The notes beneath the pieces are model-generated. The model saw only the letters and a list, made by a program, of their open reading frames with translations. It searched no databases and was not told the origin of the DNA. From Vicinamibacterales bacterium (GTDB lineage: Bacteria > Acidobacteriota > Vicinamibacteria > Vicinamibacterales > 2-12-FULL-66-21): a stretch of DNA of 64,000 bases. This document shows, one piece after another, positions 25,446-33,419 of the stretch. A program made the translations under genes and the position numbers. The stretch spans positions 91,775 to 155,774 of the forward strand of contig DATHTE010000123.1 of the NCBI GenBank assembly GCA_035463475.1, in the 5' to 3' direction. Positions within the stretch are counted from its first letter, which is position 1, and every line of letters starts with the position of its first letter.

Positions 25446-27029
25446 ATGGCCACGTCACTGGTAGCGCGCAGCCCCGCGTCCGGCCGCGACGGCCGGCGGA
25501 AGCAGGTCGAGACGGTACTCAACGCGCTCGGTCTCCCCGTTCCCGAGCGCCGCTCGCCGCCACCCGAGGGGCGCCTCGGGGCGGACGAGGACTACGGGCG
25601 CCGGCTGCGCGAGGCGCTCACCGATCTCGGCCCGGTCTTCGCCGGCTTCGGCCGGTACCTCGGGTCGCGCGCCGATCTGGCGCCGCGGCGCACGCGCGCC
25701 GAACTGGCGACGATCCCGGACGAGGGGCAGGCGCTGCCGTTCGCCTCGGTCGCGGCACTGGTGCGCGCGCAGCTCGGGGCGCGGCCCGAGCGGCTGTTCT
25801 TCGAGTTCCATCGGGATCCCGTCGCGGTCGGCTCGTGGACGCAGTCGCATCTGGCGTGGCTCGCCCCAGGGGTGCCGGCGCTGGTGACCATCGTCCGTCC
25901 CGATGCCGCCGACGAGCTCGATATCGACATCCCGCTGCTGCCTCTTCTCGCGCCGTGGATCGACGTGCCTGCCGGCCTTCTTGCCGCCGCGGTCGCGGAC
26001 TACGAGTTGACGGTGCGGCGACGCCTGGATCAGAAGCACCAGGCTGCCTCGCTGACCAGTCTCGCGGCCGACGCCCGCAGCGGCGGAGGATTCGACGCGC
26101 CTGCCTGCTACCGCGATCACTGCGCGCCGAACGTCCTGACGGTCGAGCGGCTCGTCGGAGAGCCCCTCGACGCGCAGCCGCGTGGGGCTGAGGCGCTGGC
26201 GCGCCGGGTAACGGCCGCCTGGCTGCGACAGGCCTTCGCCGGCAACGTGGTGCCCTATGACTTCGGGCCGCGCGACCTCGTCGTGATCGACGAGCGCCTT
26301 GTGCTCACGGGGGGCGCTCTCGAGCCCCACTCGTCGGTCGAACGTGCGCGCTTCGCGGCGTACCTGAGCGCCGTCGCCTCCGACGATCCCGACGCGGCCG
26401 CCAACTGGATTGTCGAGGGGGCCAGTCCATCTCCCGCCGTCGAGTCGAGGCTTCGGCGCCTGTTGCGGCAGGCGGTCCCGTTCCGCGAAGGCGAGTGGAG
26501 CGGCGATGATCGCCTCGTGCAGCACGTGCTCGTGCAGTGGCGTGTCGCGCGCAACGCGGGGTGGCCCGTCTCACCCCATCATCTCCACCTGTACCGCGGC
26601 CTCCAGGCGGTGGCGCAGATTGCGCATGACCTCGCGCCTGACGTGGACACGCTGCTCCGGGCGCTCGAGGACGAACGCCTGCGAATCGGCCTGTCGCAGG
26701 CGGGCGAGTTGCTCAGCCCGCGCTACGCCGTGGCGACCCTCGACCGCGCGATCCAGGAACTCGCCGATCTTCCACAGAAGTTCGATGACGTGCTGACGAT
26801 GGCGTCCCAGGGGCGATTGCGGATGAACCTGCAGGTACCCGAGGCGGAAGAGAACGAGCGCGTCCGCAACCGCACCGTGCTGCTCGTGACCACGCTGGTC
26901 GCCTTCGCGGCGGTCGCCACCATCGCGCGCCACCTTGCGCCCGCATTCGGCGTCGGCATCGAGCGCGCCGGCGCGATCATCCTGCTGCTGGTGGGCGGGT
27001 GGCTGCTGTTCGCCGCGTCCCGGTTGTGA
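25446..27029 (+). CDS. ABC1/UbiB-like pseudokinase (catalytic motifs degenerate), two C-terminal TM helices
   Basis: LGPVFAGFGRYLGSRADLAP replaces the KxGQ motif. ALVTIVRPD replaces VAVKVQRPG. PYDFGPRDLVV replaces HADLHPANLLV. No DFG is present. It has the same length and architecture as the 45925..47505 paralog. Confidence 0.75.
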   Translation: MATSLVARSPASGRDGRRKQVETVLNALGLPVPERRSPPPEGRLGADEDYGRRLREALTDLGPVFAGFGRYLGSRADLAPRRTRAELATIPDEGQALPFASVAALVRAQLGARPERLFFEFHRDPVAVGSWTQSHLAWLAPGVPALVTIVRPDAADELDIDIPLLPLLAPWIDVPAGLLAAAVADYELTVRRRLDQKHQAASLTSLAADARSGGGFDAPACYRDHCAPNVLTVERLVGEPLDAQPRGAEALARRVTAAWLRQAFAGNVVPYDFGPRDLVVIDERLVLTGGALEPHSSVERARFAAYLSAVASDDPDAAANWIVEGASPSPAVESRLRRLLRQAVPFREGEWSGDDRLVQHVLVQWRVARNAGWPVSPHHLHLYRGLQAVAQIAHDLAPDVDTLLRALEDERLRIGLSQAGELLSPRYAVATLDRAIQELADLPQKFDDVLTMASQGRLRMNLQVPEAEENERVRNRTVLLVTTLVAFAAVATIARHLAPAFGVGIERAGAIILLLVGGWLLFAASRL

Positions 27030-27031
27030 TC

Positions 27032-29515
27032 ATGATGCCCGGCGGGCCGCAGGCAGCCAGATCCGCGTACTTGTCGCTCGCGACGGGGGGCGGTGGAGAG
27101 TCGTCGCCCATTCTCTTCGCATCCAATCCGGTGGGGGACGCGCTGCTGGCGACCGGCATGATGGCGGTGGCCGGCGCGGCGACGATGGTCCCCGTCCTGC
27201 CCGTCCGCATTTCCGGGATCGCGGTCCGCGAGACGCTGCACCGCCTCGGCACCGAGGCGCTTCCGCCGACCCCGGAGCGCGGCGTGACCGCCGCCAACCG
27301 GCTGGGCGAAGCGCTCGGCACAATCGCGATGCGCTGGCTGGTCGCTCCCGAGGGGTTCGAGGCCACGCCGTCGGTGCCTCCACCCCACACCGAGCTGGAT
27401 TCGTCGCGGTCGCAGCGGTTCGTGATGCAGGACGGCGCCCTGCGCTTCCAGGACCGCACGCAGAGCGGCCTGCGCTTCTTCGGCGCCGGACGTACCTATC
27501 CCTCGAAGGGGAACGGAAACGGCCACCTCCTGTTCGCCGGCGCCGCGGTGGTCGTCGAGGGCCTCGGCCGGTTGAGGGGACTACGCGGCAGTCTCAGCGT
27601 CGCCGGCGAGATCTCCGGGCGATCGCTGGTGTCCCTGGTCGTCACGGGTCGCTTCGACGACGACGGGCCGCTCGAGATGGTCGAGCGGGTCGGCCTCATG
27701 ATCGACAGCGCGCCGGGCTGTCCGAACGCGACGGTGCTGGTGCTGGCGGGTGAGTCGAACGGCGGCTCGGCGATGGGCCAGATCGAGGAGCGCCTCCGCA
27801 TGGCGCGCATCGAAAACGACCTGGCGAACGCCACACAGCCACGCAGCGCCTTCCATGCCGGCGAGAACGTTGGGAGCGCGACCGGACCGTTGCGGTTCGA
27901 TCCGTCCGACCGCCGCTGCGCGATTCGCCTGATCGACGGCCGGCGCGAACTGACGTTCGGCGACGCCGCGGGGCAGCCGGTCGCGACGATCGTCGCAGAT
28001 GCCCTCGAGGGCACCACCTTTCGAGATCAGCACGCGGGCGAGCACGTGTCGCGCGTGATCGCGTACGGCCAGTTATCGGAGGGCACCGGCGCGCTGGCGG
28101 GCGCGGGGGGAATCCTGGCCATCGACACGGCGGTCTCGATCGACGCATCTGCCTCCAGCGTGTATACGCTGTGGCTGATCGACGAGCGAGGCCGGTTTCG
28201 CGCGCCGGCACCGGCGCCCGCCGCTGCGATCTCGCGCGCGAGCACGGCGCCCGGGCCGGCAGAGGAGCTCCAGTTCGTCGAGACGAGCGCCGCGTCGATC
28301 CTGCCCGCCGACGTCGCGATTCTCGCCCATGCCCAGCGGACGCTCGCGGACGGGGGCGATCTGAACCAGTGGCTCCAGGAGAAGAGTCGATCCGCCGACT
28401 ACCGAGAGCGGTTCGACGTCGTTCGGGAGCACACCTCCGACGACGACAGCTTCGGCTTCTTCGACGTGGCGCCGGTCGGCGGCACCCAGATGCCGGTGAT
28501 GGGCATCGTCCAGGAGATGTTCTACGACCGTCAGAAGCTGGGAAGCCCGGAGCCGATACGCGAGCAGCTCGCGGAGTTCGTCCTGCGCTATTTCATGCGT
28601 GTGTGTCACGCGGGCGAACCCGAAGCCGTCCCGGCCAGGCCCGGGGCGCCCGACACGGCGCTGCAGCGCGCCATGAGCTGGCTGCCCGGAGAGGCGCAGC
28701 GCAGCGCCGGAGCGGGGTACCAGCAGCTGTATTACGGGCTCGCCGAGTCGGGACAGACCGGGAAGTTCACGCACGACGAGCGTCCGGCGATCGTCGACCT
28801 GCGGGAGATCGGATCGAAGTACGAGTGGATCCTGCTCAAGGGAGACACGCTCTCCTTCGATCTTCCGTTCGTGCCGTTCGGGGCGGAGGTCACCACGCCG
28901 CAGGCGCCGGCAAAGCAATCCACGTATCTGCTGATGGCGCCCGCCTTCGTGGTCAACGCCCACGACCCTGAGCCGGGTGTGCTCGGCCACTACGGCTTCG
29001 GTTACGCGTTCGTGCCGTACGCCTCCGGCGGCCCGGGCCTGCTCGCCTACGGCCCCGGCCGGTTCCGCGCGGCGGTCCAGGCGGTGAGCTTCAAGCTGAT
29101 GGCGAACGGCGAGATCCGCGCCCGCACGATGTTCGTGGTCGCCCGGCCGGATAAAATCGCGGCGGTCGACGTGGATCCAATCGGGTGGAGCGTGCAGCTG
29201 GCGGACCTCGTGACGTTCCGGATGGCGTCGCGGCTCATGGGGCCCGTGCTCGCGATGGCCGACCGCCTTCCGCTGCACGCCCGGGATTTCGATCCGGTTG
29301 CGGCCTACATCTGGATGGCCAATACAATGACCGCCGGCATGGCCGAGAACTACCTCGGCATTTCGAAGGCCGCGCTCGAGAAGCGTATGCTGTTCCAGCA
29401 CCTGCGGTCGCACCAGGAGATGTTGCATCGATCACTGCGGATCTGGCGCATGGTGCCGGACTGGACCGCGCACGCGAAACTGCCGGACTTCTGCCATCGG
29501 GGCATGGGATGTTGA
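27032..29515 (+). CDS. Large hypothetical protein (827 aa); the C-terminal roughly 330 aa are homologous to the 52265..53284 protein
   Basis: ATG at 27032, 2 nt after the upstream stop. High GC3 throughout. C-terminal REIGSKYEWILL, GFGYAFVPYA and YGPGRFRAAVQAVSFKLMANGEIRARTMFVVARPDKI align with REIGTKYQWSLL, AIGYPFIDYA and FGPGKFDWAVKTYSFLLRDNNEVRCDMEFVAGARAKKV. Confidence 0.7.
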   Translation: MMPGGPQAARSAYLSLATGGGGESSPILFASNPVGDALLATGMMAVAGAATMVPVLPVRISGIAVRETLHRLGTEALPPTPERGVTAANRLGEALGTIAMRWLVAPEGFEATPSVPPPHTELDSSRSQRFVMQDGALRFQDRTQSGLRFFGAGRTYPSKGNGNGHLLFAGAAVVVEGLGRLRGLRGSLSVAGEISGRSLVSLVVTGRFDDDGPLEMVERVGLMIDSAPGCPNATVLVLAGESNGGSAMGQIEERLRMARIENDLANATQPRSAFHAGENVGSATGPLRFDPSDRRCAIRLIDGRRELTFGDAAGQPVATIVADALEGTTFRDQHAGEHVSRVIAYGQLSEGTGALAGAGGILAIDTAVSIDASASSVYTLWLIDERGRFRAPAPAPAAAISRASTAPGPAEELQFVETSAASILPADVAILAHAQRTLADGGDLNQWLQEKSRSADYRERFDVVREHTSDDDSFGFFDVAPVGGTQMPVMGIVQEMFYDRQKLGSPEPIREQLAEFVLRYFMRVCHAGEPEAVPARPGAPDTALQRAMSWLPGEAQRSAGAGYQQLYYGLAESGQTGKFTHDERPAIVDLREIGSKYEWILLKGDTLSFDLPFVPFGAEVTTPQAPAKQSTYLLMAPAFVVNAHDPEPGVLGHYGFGYAFVPYASGGPGLLAYGPGRFRAAVQAVSFKLMANGEIRARTMFVVARPDKIAAVDVDPIGWSVQLADLVTFRMASRLMGPVLAMADRLPLHARDFDPVAAYIWMANTMTAGMAENYLGISKAALEKRMLFQHLRSHQEMLHRSLRIWRMVPDWTAHAKLPDFCHRGMGC

Positions 29516-31308
29516 CGAGCAAGCCGTACGACGTGGACGTGGTGATCGTGGGCGCGGGGCTTGCTGGCCTCTCGCTCGCGCGCCAGCTGCTGATGGCCGA
29601 CGACGCCGTCACGATTCTTCAACTCGACAAGCGGCAGCAGGTTCCGCCCACCGGACAGAAGGTGGGCGAGGCCACGGTCCAGGTGAGCGGCTACTACTGG
29701 TCGAAAGTGCTCGATCTGGAGGAGCACCTGCTCCGCGAGCACTACATGAAGTACAACCTGCGATTCATCTGGAAGACCGCCGGACTCGATCCCTCGCGGA
29801 TCGAGAGCTACAGCCAGTCGTACATCCGGCGCATCTCCAACGTCGCGAGCTACCAGCTGAATCGCAACAAGCTCGAGGCGGAGCTGCTGCGGCGCAATCT
29901 CGAAGCCGCCGATCGGTACGAGTTCCACAATCACGCGCTGGAGCTGAAGATCGATCTCGATCGTGACGGCGGCCCGCACCGGGTGTCGTACATCCGCGAA
30001 GGTGAGCGGCGTTCCCTCACCGCGCGGTGGGTGGTGGACTGCGCGGGACGCGCCCACGTGCTGCAGAAGCAGCTCGGGCTCCAGAAGTCGAACAGCATCC
30101 GCCACGGCGCGTCGTTCCTGTGGGTGGACGGCCTGCTCAACTACGAGGCCCTGACCGATTCGACACCCCGTCAGATCCGGCTGAACCCGCAGCGCGCGTA
30201 CACCGGCCACCTGCCCTTCTGGCTGGCGACGAACCACTTTCTCGAGGAAGGGCTGTGGTTCTGGGTGATTCCGCTGCAGGGCATCACGAGCCTGGGCCTC
30301 GTCTACGACCGGCGCGTCATTGCTCCCGAGGTGGTGAACCACCCGAAGCGCCTGGTGGAGTGGATCTGCGAGCACTTCCCGGCGTTCGAACGGGACCTGC
30401 CTCGCCGGAAGATCCTCCACGCGGCCAGCTATCGCGACATCTCGTTCGACGCGGTGCAGACGATCGATCGCCATCGCTGGGCGATGGCGGGCGAGGCGGG
30501 GCGCTGGTCGGACCCGCTGTACAGCCCCGGCGGCGACGTGATAGCCATCTACAACACGCTGGTGTGCGATTCGATCCTGACACGCGACCAGGCCGAGCTC
30601 GACGCGAAGGTGCCGCTGTACGAGGAACTGGAGCGCGCCGTCTACGCGGCCTATCTGCCCAGCTTCCAGATCGGCTACGACTGCCTCGGAGACCAGGAAG
30701 CGCACTCGCTGAAGTACGTCTGGGAGCTGACCATCTACTTCGCGTTCTACGTCTTCCCGTTCATCAACGATCTCTTCACCGATCGGCGGTTCCTGGCGGC
30801 GTACCTGCGGACGTTCACGAGGCTGGGCCGTGTGAACCTCGCGGTGCAGGGCTTGCTGAACCGCTACTATCACTGGAAGAAGGAGAACCGCGAGCCGGTC
30901 ACGTCGCCGATCTTCTTCGAGCTCTTTGACGTGCCGGGGATCGCGGTTGCCGAAGGGACGTTTTACAGGGTGGGCGTGTCGGTCGAAGAAGCGCGGCCGA
31001 TCCTGGAGGACCAGCTGGCCAACGCGATGATGCTCGCGCGCTACCTTGCCGCGCACGTGTATGCGATGGTGCTCGACGAGCCTGCGCTGGTGTGGAACCG
31101 ATCGTTCGTTTCGAGCCTCGACCTCGAAACGCTCTCCTTTGATCCGGTCAGGATGGCCGCCGACTACGCGCCGCACGCCGGCTGCGGCGAGAGGTACGCC
31201 TGGCCGGCCGGCTGGGACCCTGAGGTCGCGTTCTGCTTCAAGACGCCGCGGCGCGTCCCGGTTGTGGCTCTCGCGAGCTCGGCCACCGCGGTCTCGGAGG
31301 GGTTGTGA
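29509..31308 (+). CDS. Flavin-dependent halogenase-like FAD enzyme (tryptophan-halogenase family)
   Basis: ATG at 29509 within ATGTTGA, overlapping the upstream stop. VVIVGAGLAGLSLA (GxGxxG), TGQKVGEATV (K-x-GE[AS] with candidate catalytic Lys), EEGLWFWVIPLQG (WxWxIP), GRWSDPLYSPGGD (DPxxSxG). Confidence 0.75.
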   Translation: MLTSKPYDVDVVIVGAGLAGLSLARQLLMADDAVTILQLDKRQQVPPTGQKVGEATVQVSGYYWSKVLDLEEHLLREHYMKYNLRFIWKTAGLDPSRIESYSQSYIRRISNVASYQLNRNKLEAELLRRNLEAADRYEFHNHALELKIDLDRDGGPHRVSYIREGERRSLTARWVVDCAGRAHVLQKQLGLQKSNSIRHGASFLWVDGLLNYEALTDSTPRQIRLNPQRAYTGHLPFWLATNHFLEEGLWFWVIPLQGITSLGLVYDRRVIAPEVVNHPKRLVEWICEHFPAFERDLPRRKILHAASYRDISFDAVQTIDRHRWAMAGEAGRWSDPLYSPGGDVIAIYNTLVCDSILTRDQAELDAKVPLYEELERAVYAAYLPSFQIGYDCLGDQEAHSLKYVWELTIYFAFYVFPFINDLFTDRRFLAAYLRTFTRLGRVNLAVQGLLNRYYHWKKENREPVTSPIFFELFDVPGIAVAEGTFYRVGVSVEEARPILEDQLANAMMLARYLAAHVYAMVLDEPALVWNRSFVSSLDLETLSFDPVRMAADYAPHAGCGERYAWPAGWDPEVAFCFKTPRRVPVVALASSATAVSEGL

Positions 31309-32738
31309 TCAGCAGCCTGCTGGAAGATCTCTCGCCGCTCATCGAGCGCGCGTTTTCGATCGACGTCGTCGAGCACGCGGACGTGCCGGTGCCGATCGAC
31401 GGCAGCGTCCCGGCCCACGTGCGTGGTTCCTGCTATTTCAACGGCCCGGCGCGGTTCGAGCGCGCGGGTCTGCGGTACCGGCACTGGCTCGACGGCGACG
31501 GGATGGTGTGCGCGCTCAGGGTCGGGCGCGAAGGCGCGCGACTGAGCAACCGATTCGTCCGCAGCGAAAAATTCCTCCGCGAGCAGGCCGCCGGCCGGCC
31601 GATCTTCCGGACGTTCGGCACGGCGTTCACGGGGGACACGCTCAAGCGCGGCGTGGGCCTTGAATCGCCCGTCAACGTCAGCGCGTACCCGTTCGGCGGC
31701 GCGCTGCTCGCGTTTGGCGAGCAGGGGCTGCCGTGGGAGCTCGACCGGGGGACGCTCGAGACGCGCGGCCTGTACACGTTCGGCCGGCAGATCAACGAGC
31801 TCACGCCGTTCAGCGCGCATCCGAAGATCGACTACCAGACCGGCGAGCTGTTCAACTTCGGCGTGTCGTTTTCCGCGTCGGCGCCGCTCATCAACCTGTT
31901 CCGCTTCCGCGCCGACGGCCGGCTGGTGTACCGCAAGCGTCTGCCGCTGCCGTACCCGGCCTCGACGCACGACTTCGCGATCAGCGGCCGTCACATCGTC
32001 GTCTACGTGAGCCCGCTCGTCCTCCGGATGGAGGCCCTGCTCCAGGAGGGGGCGACCGTGATGGACGCGCTCTCGTGGAAGCCCGAGCTGGGCAGCCAGC
32101 TGATCGTCGCCGACCGCGAAACCGGCGACGAGGTGGCGCGCCTCAACGTCGGGCATCAGTACTGTCTCCACATGGTCAATGCCTTCGAGCGGGACGGCCT
32201 CCTCGTCGTGGACGTGGTCGAGTACGAGAAGCCGCTGTATCCCGAGTACCAGGTGATCCCGAACCTGTTCTCGGATTCGTTCCGCGGGCGTCCGGTGCGA
32301 CTCGTCGTTGACGTCCACAAGCGGACGGTGGCGTCGCGAACCGAGCTCGAGTACGCGAACTCGCCCGACTTCCCGGCGCACGATCCGGCGCTGACGGGGC
32401 GTCCGTACGATCACTTCTGGATGCTCGGCATCAGCCGCGCGGGGCGCCCCGGACGCAAGTTCTTCGACGAGATCGTCCGCATCGACTGGCCGACCTCGTC
32501 GGTCGAGGTCTCGCAGGCGCCGCCGCTCCACTATTTCGGCGGCGAGCCGCTGTTCGTGCCGGATCGCTCGCGGCCCGGGACCGGAGCGGTGATCTGCCAG
32601 ATGTTCGACGCGGAGCGCAGCGCTTCGTCGTTCGTCGTCTTCGACGCGTTTCGCCTCGCGGCCGGACCGGTGGCCACCCTGCGGCTGCCGTCGCCGGTTC
32701 CGTTGCTGTTCCACTCGTCCTTCCTGGCGCAGGCGTGA
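31305..32738 (+). CDS. Carotenoid/stilbene-cleavage oxygenase family protein (RPE65/CCD fold)
   Basis: GTG at 31305 (GTGA overlap). YRHWLDGDGMV, FSAHPKIDYQTGELFNF, STHDFAISGRHIV, CLHMVNAFE and LLFHSSF give the four-His iron ligand pattern of CCDs. Confidence 0.9.
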   Translation: MISSLLEDLSPLIERAFSIDVVEHADVPVPIDGSVPAHVRGSCYFNGPARFERAGLRYRHWLDGDGMVCALRVGREGARLSNRFVRSEKFLREQAAGRPIFRTFGTAFTGDTLKRGVGLESPVNVSAYPFGGALLAFGEQGLPWELDRGTLETRGLYTFGRQINELTPFSAHPKIDYQTGELFNFGVSFSASAPLINLFRFRADGRLVYRKRLPLPYPASTHDFAISGRHIVVYVSPLVLRMEALLQEGATVMDALSWKPELGSQLIVADRETGDEVARLNVGHQYCLHMVNAFERDGLLVVDVVEYEKPLYPEYQVIPNLFSDSFRGRPVRLVVDVHKRTVASRTELEYANSPDFPAHDPALTGRPYDHFWMLGISRAGRPGRKFFDEIVRIDWPTSSVEVSQAPPLHYFGGEPLFVPDRSRPGTGAVICQMFDAERSASSFVVFDAFRLAAGPVATLRLPSPVPLLFHSSFLAQA

Positions 32739-33385
32739 ACGTGGAGGGGAGCCGACGTCACGGTGCCGCCTTCGACCGCCTGGCTGACCTCGCGGCGGTC
32801 CGGACGGCGACGATTGCGAAGGTCACGCCGCTGTCGCAGGCGCAGCTGGATTTCTCTCCGCGCCCGGGCCGATGGTCGATTGGCGAGATTGCCGATCACC
32901 TGCGGCTGTCCGAGCTGCTCTGGCGCGGCGAGATCAGCCGTCTCGTCGATCTGGCGCGCGAGGGCAAGCCCACGTACCTCAAGCGCTCTTTCGCGGACAT
33001 CAACGTGTCGCCGGCGCTGGTCCCCGACGCGGTCCTCTCGATGCTGGAGGTGCCGCTCGGGATCATGTCCCGGTTCATGCCCGACGCCATCGTCGGCATG
33101 ATGACCGAGCTGCCAATCCTGCCGATGCGCAACCCGGACGCGGCCACGCCGCGGGCCCGGCGTCCCGCCGCCGAGCTGATCGCTGAGCTGAACGCCGCGA
33201 TCGCTCAGACCGAACGGCTGATCGAGGCCAATGCCGGCCTCGACTTCGATCGGATGATCTCCGCGCATCCGCTGATGGGGTCCAACAATGTTCCGCAGAT
33301 GCTGACGATTGTCGCGCGGCACGAGCGGCGCCACCACGTGCAGATGGATCGCGTTCGAGCGGATTCGGGTTTCCCCCGCCTGTAG
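32735..33385 (+). CDS. DinB-fold (DinB_2) metal-dependent protein
   Basis: GTG at 32735 (GTGA overlap). RWSIGEIADHLRLSE (His 1), then HPLMG...MLTIVARHERRHHVQM (C-terminal His cluster), in a four-helix-bundle-sized protein. Confidence 0.8.
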   Translation: MNVEGSRRHGAAFDRLADLAAVRTATIAKVTPLSQAQLDFSPRPGRWSIGEIADHLRLSELLWRGEISRLVDLAREGKPTYLKRSFADINVSPALVPDAVLSMLEVPLGIMSRFMPDAIVGMMTELPILPMRNPDAATPRARRPAAELIAELNAAIAQTERLIEANAGLDFDRMISAHPLMGSNNVPQMLTIVARHERRHHVQMDRVRADSGFPRL

Positions 33386-33419
33386 GGGCCCTTATAATTC
33401 GAGTCATACACCCGGAGCT

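Noticed and set aside
26999-27031. Upstream start (26999) given in the ORF track for the 838-aa ORF
   Set aside because: That start would overlap the preceding gene by 31 nt. The ATG at 27032 lies 2 nt after the upstream stop and fits the tight coupling seen throughout the operon. The same reasoning was used to trim the N-terminal extensions of the track ORFs at 2282..3274, 3024..3374, 3829..4677, 4603..5718, 7098..7694, 12021..13022, 24005..25429, 29185..31308, 33309..34670, 34277..35767, 35685..36566, 35945..37345, 40574..42106, 44915..46165, 45925..48015, 49286..49921, 51662..53284 and 53917..55290.
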